NCBI RefSeq assembly: GCF_036321535.1
Contig: NC_087436.1
Span: 48,300,001 to 48,364,000, forward strand
Reading direction: 5' to 3'
From: Camelus dromedarius
Taxonomy: Eukaryota
Length of the DNA stretch: 64,000 nucleotides
Within the stretch, counting starts at the first letter, position 1; each line of letters begins with the position of its first letter. The notes beneath the pieces are model-generated. The model did no database searches and was not told the DNA's origin. It saw only the letters and a list, made by a program, of their open reading frames with translations. This document shows, piece after piece, positions 1 through 13,418 of this stretch. The position numbers and the translations under genes were made by a program.

Positions 1-500
1 AGCTTTACATATTTCTTCTGTCCACTTTATTGAATTACCTAATCAAGTGCACCAATCTTTCTAGTGTTGAACAGTCTTTGTCCTATTTCTCTTTTTGTCT
101 TTTTTTCTAGTTGTTTTAAATTTCTTTTTCATCCATATGTCCTGTGATTATATTGAAACTTTCTTCTATGTAATTATTTAGAGTTAGCTGTGTCTGCTAT
201 TTCTAACTTGTTTCTTAATTATATAACAGTATTATTTTGACCCTCAATTATTTTCCTGTCTTTTAGTAATCTCCATTTTTATCCTAGTTTGTGTTTTCTC
301 ATTTTATTTTTAAGTCTCTGTTTTATTGAATCTATGTTCTTTATTGTATCCTTCCATAAAAATAAAACACCTATAGGAAATTTTTTTCTATCTCATGGTT
401 TTCAAGCTAGGTTCTTTCTTTTGCATATCATTTATTTCATTTCTGGTAATAGTGTGTTTTCATATCTGTCATTTCTTTTTTTCCCCAGTGATTTCTTTTT

Positions 501-1660
501 TCTAATTTTTTATTTGTTATTAAAGAATAGCTGATTTATAATGTTTCAGATATACAGCAAAGTGATTCAGTTATACATATATATATGTATATATATATGT
601 ATTCTTTTTCAGATTCTTTTATTTTATAGTTTATTGAAAGATACTGAATTGAAAGATCCCTGTGGTATACAGTAGGTCCTTGTCATTTGTTTTATATATA
701 GTAGAGTGTATCTGTTAATTCCAAATTCCAAATTCATCCCTTCCTTACCCCATTCCCCTTTGGTAACCATAAGTTTGTTTTCTATACCTGTGAGTCTATT
801 TCTGGTTTATAAATATGTTCATTTGTATCATTTTTTAGATTCCATATATAAATTATATTGTATGATATTTGTCTTTCTCTTACTTCACTTAGTATGATAT
901 TCTATAAATCCATCCATGTTGCTGCAAATAACATTAACTCATTCTTTTTAACAGCCGAGTAATATTCCATTGTATATATATATACCACATCTTCTTTACT
1001 CATTCATCTGTCAATGGACATTTAGGTTGTTTTCATGTCTTGGCTACTGTAAATAGTGCTGCAATGAACATTGGGGTGTATGTATCTTTCTAATTGGAGT
1101 TTTCTCTGGATATATGCCCAGGAGAGGGATTGCTGCATCATATGGTAACTCTATTTTTAGTTTTTTAAGGACCTGCCATACTGTTCTCCATAGTGGCTGC
1201 ACCAACTTACATTCCCATCAACAGTGTAGGAGGGTTCTGTTTTCTCCACACCCTCTCCAGAATTTACTATCGTAGACTTTTTGATGATGGTCATTCTGAC
1301 TGGTGTGAGGTGATACTTCATTGCAGTTTTGATTTGTATTTCTCTGGTAATTAGCAATATTGATTATCTTTTCACGTGCCTCTTGGCCATCTATATGTCT
1401 TCTTTGGAGAAATGTCTATTTAGGTCTTTTGCCAATTTTCTGATTGGGTTCTGTTTTTTTATTGAGCTATATGAGCTGTTTGTATATTTTGGAAATTAAT
1501 CCCTTAGTCCTATTGTTTGCAAATATTTTCTCCCATCCCATAGGTTATCTTTTCCTTTTGTTTTTGGTTTACTTTACTGTGCAAAAGCTTTTAAGTTTAA
1601 TTAGTTCCCATTTATTCATTGATGCTTTTGTTTCCATTACTCTATGAGACAAATCTTTCC
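501..1660 (-). mobile_element. 5'-truncated L1 (distal ORF2 + 3'UTR)
   Basis: ORF 1157-1357 (-) encodes an L1 ORF2 C-terminal motif ([18 protein letters not shown]). T-rich tail near 500. Candidate TSD atttcttttt at 491-500 and 1661-1670. Confidence 0.9.
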
Positions 1661-4197
1661 ATTTCTTTTTATCTCACTATGCTTAAGCCAGATAGCTATA
1701 ACCAAGAGTTGTATTTTCTCTGATAAAGTTTTAACATTTTCCCTTTGATTCTCTTTCCATCTTATTTCAAGCCTGATCGTGCTCCGTACAACAAAGAGGG
1801 AAGGAAGTTAACAGGAGAAGGAGAAAGGGGAAATTTTACTGAGGCTACTAACAACCTCTGTTGGATGACATGGGCTTCATTGCCTCTTTGAGATTTAGTT
1901 AAACACCTTGTACCAGAATTCTTTACATTTGGTCAATGCATCCATTTCCGTGGGAGGATGGGCTTCAGAATATTCCCCCAATTCCATACAGAACCCATCA
2001 GAAAGAGTCAACTCCATATAATTCACATCCACTATTTCATTCATCCATTCATCCAGCAGCTCTTTTCATCTCCCCACCTCTCACCCCTTAGTAATACTTC
2101 ACATTATGGGAGGGAAACTTTAGCCAGGATTCTCAATGAACCTTATCTATCCAACTCTCTCCCATCCTGACTATGGTTTGTTTATTCTACCTTCTTTCTC
2201 CTGACCTTGCCTATTCATGATTCTATGATCAGGAGCTCATTCAAATATGGAATTTAACCTTAAACATAAATCATTCTAAAGTCAACATTAATTCCAAACT
2301 GAAGCTAGATTACCACTCATTGGGTAACTGTAAATGACAGCAAATATATGCTAAAAGAGGAAAGATGATTTATTCTGAGTCAGCCAGAACAGACAGACAG
2401 GTGATAGATAACACTAATCAAACTCAACGGCAAAAGAAGTACTGGAGCCACTGACTATGTCTGCAGAGCAGGGCTTAGTTATGCAGCTGGGCAAACAAGT
2501 AATAGCCTCTAAGGGCCCATCAGTCTCAGTTGAGGTTAAATTATTGATATTGAAAAGTCCAAAGTAAGATGTCAAGAACTGAGCAGAAATAATGATAGTG
2601 AGATAATAAGTAGATAAGTGTAAGCTACAGATACTAGGAAAGGACCCAAATAATAAGCTGAGATTCAGGGATAGGATCCTAGGAAAGTAGAGTCTGAAAA
2701 AAAGCCAGGATTCATAAGGGTAACATGGCAACTTAATGTTGATATATATGGTAAAGAAAGAACCCAGAAGACAGATCAAGGCCTCCATCACTGAAGTACT
2801 CATAGGCAATGAGAGTTGAACCTGAGGAATGGTAAGGATGCCAGTTAAGTACTAGGGATCTGCATCTCAGACCTGACTTTCTATTAAATTCCAATTCAGT
2901 CCATCACTGGAACAACCTGATACTTCCTTTATTACTCAGGATTGGCTCAGAAACTGCATTGGGAAAGAGTTTTCAGGAAGGAAGATCATGACAGCCATAT
3001 ATGACTGAAACTGGAAATGGTGGAGGCAGAAGAAAGCCTTCTGGAAGCCAGTTGGTGGTCAGTTTGTACACAATCAGGTCCTCCAAAGAATTCTCCCTAA
3101 TTAGAAGGGCAAGATTTTGGCCCAGTACAGGCACTGAATTAAGTGCCATATAGGTTATTCCTAAAGTTTGTCATTTTCACAAAGTCTCACCTTACCCTGA
3201 AGTTTTAGTTTAAGCACAATTGCAATAACCCAGTGACTTGTACAATGTGTTTAAAGACATCTATTTGATTAAATATGATTAAGATACTCTGTTTTCCTTT
3301 AGGATCTCCCTGCCCACAACTACCCCTGCCGCTTTATCATCCCCAGGAAAAGGTACATTGTTAAACCTTTTATGTGAATTGTTATAAAGGAATGACATTA
3401 TTTTCTCTTGTAAACACTGAATCATTCACAAATTGGTTAACCACCTTCTGGACTCAGGCTGCCTGATGGTATGTCTTCCTTCTACACGGATTCCCACTAA
3501 GGTAAAGCAGTCCTTTCCTAAGAAGTTTTGCAGCAGCCACTTATGAGGGCAGGTGGAAATGGCTATATAAACATTTCCAACACAGTTTCCAAAAATATCC
3601 TGTGTATTTATTGTAATCCAAAAACTTAAAAAAAAAAAACAACAACTAAGCTTTAGAAAACCTATGAAGTTTTTTTTTTCTCGTGTTTTACCTTCATATA
3701 AGATCCTAAATAATGATTGTAAAATAGCGATTAATTTAAGCTAAAAATGAAGAGAATTTTGTGCCAGTAGCCAAGATGCACAGGTTATTTCCATTACCTC
3801 CCACTCCCATCACTGTATAGCTTAGTTTACATAATTAAGAAGTTGATGAAAAAGTCACCATATTCACAATAGTAAAGAATACAAATCCTCAAGTGGTGAT
3901 GCACAGGTATGGAGATATTCAACAAGAAATTCTGTGTGACCATCTATCAGGAATGCTGTGGAGTATGTTAAATTTTCTTTTGAGTATGATTCTCACCAAC
4001 TCTAAGAGTCTATGATTATTTTCTATCCTGAACTGTATGAAAGTTAATTTAGAACAAGTAAGGGAAAAAGAAAAAGATACGACCTCATGGCTATAGATTA
4101 TCAAAGAGAATATTACTCAAAAAAGATGAGTCTTAAAACTAATAATCTGTCTCCACAATCTCATATAATTATATTAAGGAATTAAACAACATCAAAC

Positions 4198-4737
4198 CAG
4201 TGGTTTCAAAGCATGGTCCAGAATATTGAGGAGTCCCTGAATTCCTTTCACGTACCTGAGAAATCAAAACTACTTTCCGAATAACACTAAGACACTTGAT
4301 TTATTTCTTCTTATTTGTTCATAGTGTGTACAATGGGGTTTTAAGAAACTAAATGTGTGATAATATCATTGCTGTGGTAGCTAATGATATGAATCCTTGT
4401 GCATTCTTTTTTTAAAATTTTCTAAGATGGTAGCTTTCAAGTATAAATATGTACATTTTGGGAAATTATTTCAGTTTGTTTTTAGTACATATGAACTTTC
4501 TCACTTTATATCTGCTACAATCTCTGTAACCATATTATCATCCATAAATCACTATTTTGAAAGCTGTTTTCCTATTGCATACTTGTAAACACAAAAAATT
4601 GGTACACTCTGTAGTCTTGTTTTGAAACAATATTTTAAAGTATCTGTTTTAATTTCTAATACAGTAAATGTCTTCGTAGTCTTCAATAATGTGATGAGTA
4701 TAAAGGGTCCTGAGACAAAGAAGTTTGAGAAGCACTG
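4198..4737 (+). mobile_element. hAT-Charlie DNA transposon (Charlie1a/b-like, non-autonomous)
   Basis: Termini cagtggtttcaaa and tttgagaagcactg form an imperfect TIR; subterminal aaagggtcctgagac motif is typical of Charlie1. Confidence 0.75.
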
Positions 4738-6040
4738 ATCTAAAGAAACTTCTATGCCTAAACATAGTGATCTCTGGTGAACACAGAAAATTACACAAAA
4801 TGTATAAAGAGGTGCCACTATGGCCAAAGATGAATCCAGAAAGTTATTCAAAACTAGAGTCATTAGTTGGAAATGCTAAATTCAATATAAAAGACTCAAC
4901 CATTTCATAAAAATAAAAATTATAAGAACTTTGTCTGGAGAAGATGGTCTAAAGATTAGTGGAGACAAAGAAAAACATTACCAATATTATTTTTACAGTT
5001 AAAACCAATAACCTCTATGTTCAGTAGGCTTATTTTGGACCACAGGAAAATATATTTATCTACTGCTTCATTTCCATTATTGCAGAAAGGACCTGCTATG
5101 GAGTATGGTATCCTCTTTCTTAAGCTGGTGGGGCAGAGGGACAGAATCTTAAAAGGAGAGAAGGCAGACACAAGTTGTAGATGTATAAATGTCTATCTCG
5201 TTCAATTTGTTCTAACAAATGTAACCATTTTAGTAGCTCACTATGCTGAAGAATATTACAGTTTCACTACTGAAAAAACAAGTATTAATGGTTAATTGCT
5301 TAGTAGCTTCCTACGTTGGAAAAAGACAGCTCATATATTTCATAAATTTGTGTGTGAGATTCTTCCAAATTCAGCATACCTTTATACTAAGGATTCTTAA
5401 CATAGGTTTTATGGTTAGATTTCACAGAGCGTATATGAACATTTCATTAAATTGCCTAAAAACTGTCCACATGAGGCTACATGGGCATTTTTCTGGGAAG
5501 ATGAGCTTGTTGCATTCATCAGATTCTCAAGGAAGTTTTAGTCCCAGAAAATATTCTTAAAATTCTGTTTATGGATAAAATTTAAAATAACATTAATTGA
5601 AATGGCTAAGTAATGCAGCAATTTTTTAAAAAATTCTTTGTCATCAGGGTCATTTTAATAAGGTCTAAGTTTAAGAAATGGTCCTTTTTTCTTATCTATA
5701 ATTTATAAATGTATATCCACATAAGCCTATAGAAATATCATCGAAATACCCTACATAATTCATTTTAAAGAATGTTTGAATTTCTGAGAGCTGTCAAAGT
5801 TTTCATAATAAAGAAGGCAGATAGATAGAATATATTGTTTAACAAGGGACAATTCATATTCTTCTAATATTTGCCTTAAAAGAAAATGTTTTAAGACAAT
5901 ATGAAAAGCAACTGATTAAATGAATAAGATTTATGATAACGTGTATTTCATTAAGTCTTTAGTATCCCTTTCCTAAACTTTGAATGTGTCCTCTAAGACC
6001 AAAATAGGGTCCTTCCTGTCTCTTTCAGCTTCAGACTTAC

Positions 6041-6086
6041 AGTCAAACTTTCTTCTGCTTTTTACTCTGATACGAAAATAATCAAA
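6041..6086 (-). CDS. Candidate 46-nt exon (FDYFRIRVKSRRKFD in phase 0)
   Basis: tcattccatgctttcag | ... ACT | gtaagt. Confidence 0.3.
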
Positions 6087-6329
6087 CTGAAAGCATGGAA
6101 TGACATTTTTGAACACAGGGAGAAGAAGAATCAGACATTACTAAGAAAAATGAATTTATTTCACAAGCAATAAATGTGAATATATAATTTAAAAACCTTG
6201 GATAATAGTTATTATTCATATTAAATATAAAGAATTGGGAAGCCAAATATATTTAATTCTGTCAATCCATGCTGCAGATATTGTAATCAGCTAAGAAAAC
6301 ATTCCAAAGTTTGGAAGGCATATTTTTCA

Positions 6330-7385
6330 TTAGTAGGTTCACCTATATATAACAGAAAAATTTGAATAATAGGGGTTTAACAAAAAGTTTATTTCTCTGT
6401 CATGTGAAAGAAACCCAGAGAGATTGGTGACCCAGGACTAATGAAATGACTTTTCAAAAGAATTCAGCCTCTGCCAGCTTTCCCCTCTACCATCCCTGGG
6501 GTGTGGTCCTTGCCTCAGGTTTCAAGGGGCTGCCGCAGCACTCCAGGCAGCAGGATGAGAACAGAATGAAAAAAGGCAACTCTCCTCTCTTTCAAGGGAA
6601 ATTCCATAAGTCCTACACAGCATCTCCAGTCTCATTCATTAGCCAGAACTCTATAATCACCAGTTGTGTTAGACAGAATGGCTTCTCCAAAATGTCCACT
6701 CGCAATCCCTAAAATTTGTGAATATGTTAAATTACAGGGCAAACAGGATGTTGCTGATCTTAATCAGGGTTACAGATCTTAAAATCGGGAGATGATGCAG
6801 GTGGGGCCCATTTAATCATATAAGCCCTTATAAGTGAAGAACTCCCTCCAGTGGAGGCAAAAGGAAGCAATGGCATGAGGGGAAGTCAGAGACATTCCAA
6901 GCATGATTCAACACACACTTCTGTTGGCCCTGAGATTTAGGGACCCAAATGCAAGGACCAGGGACAAGGCCTCTATGTGCTAAGGGCACCCTGAAACTGA
7001 CAGTCAGCAAGGAAACAAGGTTCTGGTCCTACAAATTCAATGAACTAGTTTCTGCCAGTTTGGATGTGAATTCTTCCCCAAAGCCTTCCAATGAGAGTGC
7101 AACTGCTGACATCTTGATTTTGGCTTTGTAAAACCCAGAGCAGAGAAACCAGCCAAGCTAACTCAAACTTCTGAATAGCAGAACCATGATATAACAAATT
7201 TGTGTTATTCTAAGCTACTAAGTTTGTGCTAATTTGTTACAGCAGCCATAGAAAACAAATATACCTGGCCACACCCAGCAGCAATAAAGGTGGGGAAATA
7301 CAGTCTTCTTCTAGTGAGGCAGCAGTATGTGCAGCTGAAAACTCTTAGTTTGAAAAAGAATGGAGAGAATGCTTATTTGTTTAAC
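6330..7385 (-). mobile_element. Old MaLR LTR (MLT1J/K/L-like) split by a nested MLT1
   Basis: MLT1-type text (tcattagccagaact...cacctggccacacccagc) breaks at ~6662 and resumes at ~7263. Confidence 0.5.
6665..7263 (+). mobile_element. MaLR LTR (MLT1D/E-like), nested
   Basis: Starts tgtgttagacagaat and ends tttgttacagcagccatagaaaacaaatata, matching MLT1 termini. Confidence 0.8.
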
Positions 7386-7485
7386 ATCCAGTCTTCATCA
7401 TAGAAGTAGAAGGGAGGTTTGAATTAAGAATAAAGGTTTACTATTTTTAGCATTAAATGGAATAGAAGCAAAAGTAAATGAATAT

Positions 7486-8242
7486 GTATTAGAGAAATGC
7501 AAATCAAAACTACAATGAGATATCATCTCACAAAAGTCAGAATGGCCATCATCGAAAAGTCTACAAATAATAAATGCTGGAGAGGATGTGGAAAAAAAAG
7601 TAACCCTCCAACACTGTTAGTGGGAATGTAAACTGGTGCAGCCACTATGGAGAACAGTATACCAATTCCTTAAAAAATGAAAAATAGACTTATCATATGA
7701 TCCAGCAATCCCACTCCAGGCATATTTCTGGAGAAAACTCTTAACTCAAAAAGATACATGTACCCCAATGTTTATAGCAGCACTATTTACAATAGCCAAG
7801 ACATGAAAGCAATCTAAATGTTCATTGACAAATGAATGGATAAAGAAGATGTGGTGTATATATACAATGGAATATTACTCAGTCATAAATGAAGAATGAA
7901 ATAGGCCATTTGCAGCAACATAGCTGGACCTAGGATTATCATATTATGTGAAGTCAAACAGAGAAAGAAAAATATCATATGATATCACTTGTACATGGAA
8001 TTTAAGAAAAATTGATACATATGAACTTACTTACAAACCAGAAATAGATTCACAGACAGAGAAAACAAACTATGGTTACTAAAGGGGAAAGAGGCGGGGA
8101 GAAGGGATAAATAAGGAGTTTGGGATTAACATATACACATTACTATATAAGAAATAGATAAACAACAAGGACCTACTATATAGTACAGGGAACTATATTC
8201 AATATCTTGTAATAACCTATAATGGAAAAAATCTGAAAAAGA

Positions 8243-8275
<33 letters not shown>

Positions 8276-8354
8276 TAATTGAATCACTTTGTTATACACC
8301 TGAAACTAACACAAAGTTGTAAATCAATTATACTTCAATAAAAAAGCAAATTTA
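7486..8354 (+). mobile_element. 5'-truncated L1 3' end
   Basis: L1 ORF2 tail and 3'UTR with A-rich tail. Exact 16-bp TSD aaaagtaaatgaatat at 7470-7485 and 8355-8370. Confidence 0.93.
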
Positions 8355-10119
8355 AAAAGTAAATGAATATAGCTTTCAAAGAGGTTCAAAATTATTGGGG
8401 AACTTTCAAAATATGAAACTCTTCTACAACTGCATAAAAGGTGATACAATCAAAATTCTCTCATTGCTCATGTATGAGACTGGCAAATGGTCGTTAATAG
8501 TTTTCTAAAAAGTTACATTGGAGAATCATAATAAAAATTACATACTGTAAAGATTCTATTTTAGCTTAAAATGTATGTACATTCAGAGCTCAGTCTTTTT
8601 ATGTAGAGTCTGGTCCTTGCTTTGAATGCATGGCAAATAACAGTTTTCTTGAAGTCTTTCTAAATTTCCAGTTTGAGCTTCTTTAAAATAAAACAAGAAA
8701 CTTGCAATGCAATCTGAGCACATAACCCTTCTGAAGTTTCTTTAGAAATCTATCCCTTCTTCAACTAATTCATCATCATTCCTTTTATCTGCATAGATAA
8801 AAGGACTATTCTTTAAGTACTATTCAACTTTGTTTTCTACAACTTTCATTTACTTTGCACTCATATTTCATCAGTGTACGTAATATTTTATTAACGTATA
8901 CAAGCCCAACAATAAGTACTATTTGCATGTACAGCTTTGGCTACCGATGAATGAGAAAGAAGTGAGAGGAGTGCACTAGACTGTACCTGGAGCTTAGACC
9001 TTCTAGGTGGAAGTCAGAATATTTGCAGAAGGAACAGAGAGCAACCCTTAATTAGGTGGGTCAGTTAAAAAGAGTGGAACAAGAGTGTTTATAATTTTTC
9101 ACTATCCCTACAGAAAATCAAATCAAAACAAACAAAAAAATCCCAGTATATTGTTTTTCTATCTACATGGTCAAATTCTAGCTTCACTGAGACCTTTGAA
9201 CTATACCTCCTTCAAGCATATAGAACCATCAAGCAGGTCTCACACCCAAGACACTGTGAAGGCGTGGAGGGGAAAAAAACAAAAAACAAAAAACTCATGC
9301 CATTTCCCTCTTCCCTTGGAAAAAGCTCTTGTTCCTTTGTGAGTCCTAGAAATCAAGGAGAGTTTCTCAGACCAAAGGTGAGGTGGAGGAGAACTCAACA
9401 AGAGTAGAAAGTGCCTATTTGTCAAAATGGAGTGGGTGAGACACAGAGCAGGTGTGGGAAGAAGGAAGAGTATGAGACCCTGTTCTAAAAATGTTCTCGT
9501 CTTCTGAAATGGCAATGTTCATGCATATTTCTAAAGAAGAAAAATAAACATTTTCTAGTAAAACAATTCAAATTCACCTTCGTAAACTTAACTCTATTTG
9601 CTAGGGAGTTTCCATTATGTCCTGACCTCACAAACTGACTTCATGTTTTAAAATGAGTTGTAATTTTCATTTGCGAATGTTTCTCTTCCAGCACCAAGCT
9701 TTAAGTTTCTCTCACTGAATTAGTTTAACAGCTTTAATTTTTCTAATTTAATTTATAAAAATCTTAATGACAAAATTTCAACACTGTAAAATATTTTCAA
9801 AATAAAAATTAACTATGGCTCTTACGATTCCAAGAAAACTGTTTTCCTTTTAAACTTCTCTACCAGGGTTTTGTCTCTATGCATATATAGTTTTGACATA
9901 ATTGTAAACACAGTGTACACATTTATTATATTATTCTTTTACATTTGACATGATATGATAAACATTCTTCCATGTTTGTTAAATAGTTTTCACAATTACC
10001 ATTTGAGAATTCCTTTCCAAACTAACATATGCTTCAAGTTAGGAATGAAATTCTCTATACCATAACCTTGATTGTCTTATTACAGCACGCAGAGAACTAT
10101 TCATTAACTATATGCCAGC

Positions 10120-10335
10120 ACTAACAGCATGGTTTAGAGTTTGAGCTTTGAAATCAGACAGGTTTTGCTTTGAGTCACAAAGTTTGTGACTTTGGGCACC
10201 TGAAATTGTCATCTGTAATTTGGGGGGAAATAGTATTTAAGTCATAGAAAAGTGTAAAGATAGAGTAAAATAATGCATATAAAGCACTTGACCACAATGC
10301 CTGACACAGAGTATTTAACAAATGGTAATTATTGT
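10120..10335 (+). mobile_element. MIR SINE
   Basis: MIR core motifs (gctttgaaatcagac, catctgtaa, taatgcatataaagcactt...atgcctgacaca). Confidence 0.75.
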
Positions 10336-10418
10336 GAAATAATTAATATCAGTTCTGCTTAAGCACTATATCAATTCCCACCTTTATAATATTTCTTAAT
10401 TTAAAAATAAAAATTGAG

Positions 10419-13418
10419 GGCAAGGGAGGTGCCAAGATGGCAGAGTAGCTCACAGCTTACCCTCTCCCACAAATACACCACAAATTATATCTATAAACCC
10501 ACAGAATTGCACAGAACACTTACTGAACTCTAGCATAGTGTCTCTCACTTCGAAATACAGGAGGATCTCACAAAATCCGGTAAGAGAATAAAAGAAAAAA
10601 GAAAAAAAATCCATGTAGGACTGGTCCTGCAGGGAGGGAGTGGCATAGGAAGAAAGGCACCCTCACGCTGGGAGTCCCCTCTCCAGCCAGGAGGTCAGCG
10701 GGGACAGAAGTGGAGTTTTCGAGGCTCAGAGGAGAAAGTGGCAGTCGTTTGGCAGACAGAACTAAGGTACATTGGCACGGAGGGTCCCTGAGATCCCCAG
10801 CCCTAGATGAGAGCTGGCAGGGACAAGCTGGGATGGGCTGCTGGACATGGGTGAGAAGCCCAGGCAGAGTGCAGAGGCCCATTGTACAGAGGCAGCCTCA
10901 CAGGCAGTGTAGGCTCTGGCAGGAAGTGTGTGCAGAACAGAACAGCCTAGGACCCCCATAAAAAAGTACCACTGCTGGTGGGTAGGGGGGTGGAGGGGTG
11001 CAGTGCAGCTGCGCCATAGCCGCTGTGTCCACTTGGCTCCATTGTTGGTGTGTTCTCATGAGAAGAGAGGTGGGGCTTGGTCATAGCCATCACCACTGTG
11101 CAGATGCAGGGCTGAAAGCTGAATCCATACCCAGCAGCCCTGCAACTTCACAGGTGGGACTGGAATTTGTTTACAGTCCCAGGCAGAGAGGGCAGATTGG
11201 CTCTCTCTGGGCCCTTTGTGGACCCATGCTTCTGGGACAAACAGGCAGTGAGTGGAGTTCCTGTGCACAGCAGGGCGAGTACTGGTATTTACAATAGACC
11301 TGCATAACATACAGTAAGCAGAGGTGGGGCTGGGGTCTGCGCTGACCCACTGCGCACCACAGATTCAGGTGTGTGATTGGAAGCTTGCTACAGCAGGTCC
11401 CAGTGCCTGACATTGGCGGATCTGCAATGGTGGTTCCTGGGGCCCAGAACCTGGGGGACACCAGAGTGGGTGGCCAAGTTTCCTGCAGCTAAGGCGGAGA
11501 CAAAGGCAGCATCAACAAAGAGTACTTTGTAAGCCACATAACAAATGACAGATGATACCACAGAGGGGACCTCCCAGTGGACATCTCCTGTGGAGGTATA
11601 CACAGCGACTCTTCCGAGCTGGAGCATTCCAACCCTGCCTACCAAACACCACAGCTCAGAAACGGGTCTAGAAGCCTCTATTCCAGCAACAGGGGGTCAG
11701 ACCTGGCCCCTGTCAAGGCTCTGACAACCACAAAACAAAACAGGAGGCCCCACTCAACAACAACAATCAGGGCAGGCTCTGATCACCACAATTCCAGCTG
11801 CACCCCAATCAAAGGGATAACAGCCAACACACACCGAAGAAAGACAGGACAACCATCCACACTAAAAACAGTCCTTGCAACAAAACTATTAGATGCACAC
11901 AGTCTACACAGGAATGCTCCCACTTTAAATAAAAACAAACAAACAAAAATAAAACAGCCCTTCAAGACCACAGTAGATAACTGATACTCCTATATCCATA
12001 CAGCCAGAGAAATATAAGTAAAATGAAGAAGCAGAGGAACCACTCCTCATTAAAAGAACAAGAGAAGTCCCCTGAAAGAACAAACAGTGAGACAGACCTT
12101 GACAGTCTACTAGATCATGACTTCAAAAATGGGCTGATAAAAACACTGAAGGAAATAAGAGAGACTATAAACAGAGACAGAGAAAACTATGAAAAGGAAA
12201 TAGAATTTATAAAGAGGAACCAATTAAAAACAGAAAACTCTCCTAGGGCAGTCTACCCAGAAATAAAAGCAAAAATAAACAAATGGGCCCTAATTAAACT
12301 TATCAGCTTTTGCGCAACAAAGGGAACCACAAGAAAAACAAAAAGACAACCTACAGACTGGAGAAAATATTTGCAACAAATGAGACTGACAAGGGCTTAA
12401 TTTCCAGAATATATAAACAGTTCATACAACTTAAGAAAAAAATAACCCAATCCAAAAATGGACAGAAGACCTAAACAAGCAATTCTTCAATGAAGACATA
12501 TAAATGGACAATAGGCACATGAAAAAATGCTCAATATCATTAATTATCAGAGAAATGCAAATCACAACTACAATGAGGGATCACCTCACACCAGTCAGAA
12601 TGGCCATCATTGAAAAGTCCACAAACAATAAATGCTGGAGAGGCTGTGAAAAAAGGGAACCCTCCTACACTGCTGGTGGGAAAGTAGTTCAGTGCAGCCA
12701 TTATAGAAAACAGTATTAAGATTCCTCAAAAGACTAAAAATAGACTTACCATATGATCCAGCAATCCCATTCCTGGGCATGTATCCGGAGGGAAACAATA
12801 CAAAAAGATACATGCACCCCAATGTTCATAGCAGCACTATTTACAATAGCCAAGACATGGAAACAACCTAAATGTCCGTTGACAGGTGACTGGATAAAGA
12901 AGCTGTGGTATATTTATAAAATGGAAAACTACTCAGCCATAAAAATAATAAAATAATGCCATCTGCAGCAACATGGATGGACCTAGAGACTGTCATTCTA
13001 AGTGAAGCAAGCCAGAAAGAGAAAGAAAAATACCATATGGTATCACTTATATGTGGAATCTAAAAAATAAAAAAGAAAAACAAACTTATTTACAAAATAG
13101 AAACAGCATCACAGACATAGAGAATAAGCTTGTGGTTACCAGGTGGGGAGAGGGGTGGGAGGGGATAAATTGGGAGTTCGAGATTTGCAGATACTAACTA
13201 CTATATATAAAATAGATAAACAACAAGTTCATACTTGTTTAGCACAGGGAACTACATTCAATACCTTGTAGTAACTTATGGTGAAAAAGAGTATGAAAAC
13301 AAATATATGTATGTTCATGTACGACTGAAGCATTATGCTGTACACCAGAAATTGACACGACATTGTAAACTGACTATACTTCAATAAAATATATATACAT
13401 ATACCAAAAATTTTTTTT
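10419..13418 (+). mobile_element. Internally deleted L1 (5'UTR + ORF1 N-terminus fused to distal ORF2 + 3'UTR)
   Basis: Starts with ccaagatggc L1 5' motif and a ~1.6-kb GC-rich 5'UTR. ORF 12023-12400 runs from ORF1 (MKKQRNHSSLKEQEKSPE) into ORF2 (EIKAKINKW.LIKL). TSD taaaaattgag at 10408-10418 and 13419-13429. Confidence 0.9.

Noticed and set aside
10568..11984. Many overlapping ORFs in a GC-rich stretch (possible gene or CpG island)
   Set aside because: This is the L1 5'UTR. It is CpG-depleted, and stops are rare simply because of GC content.
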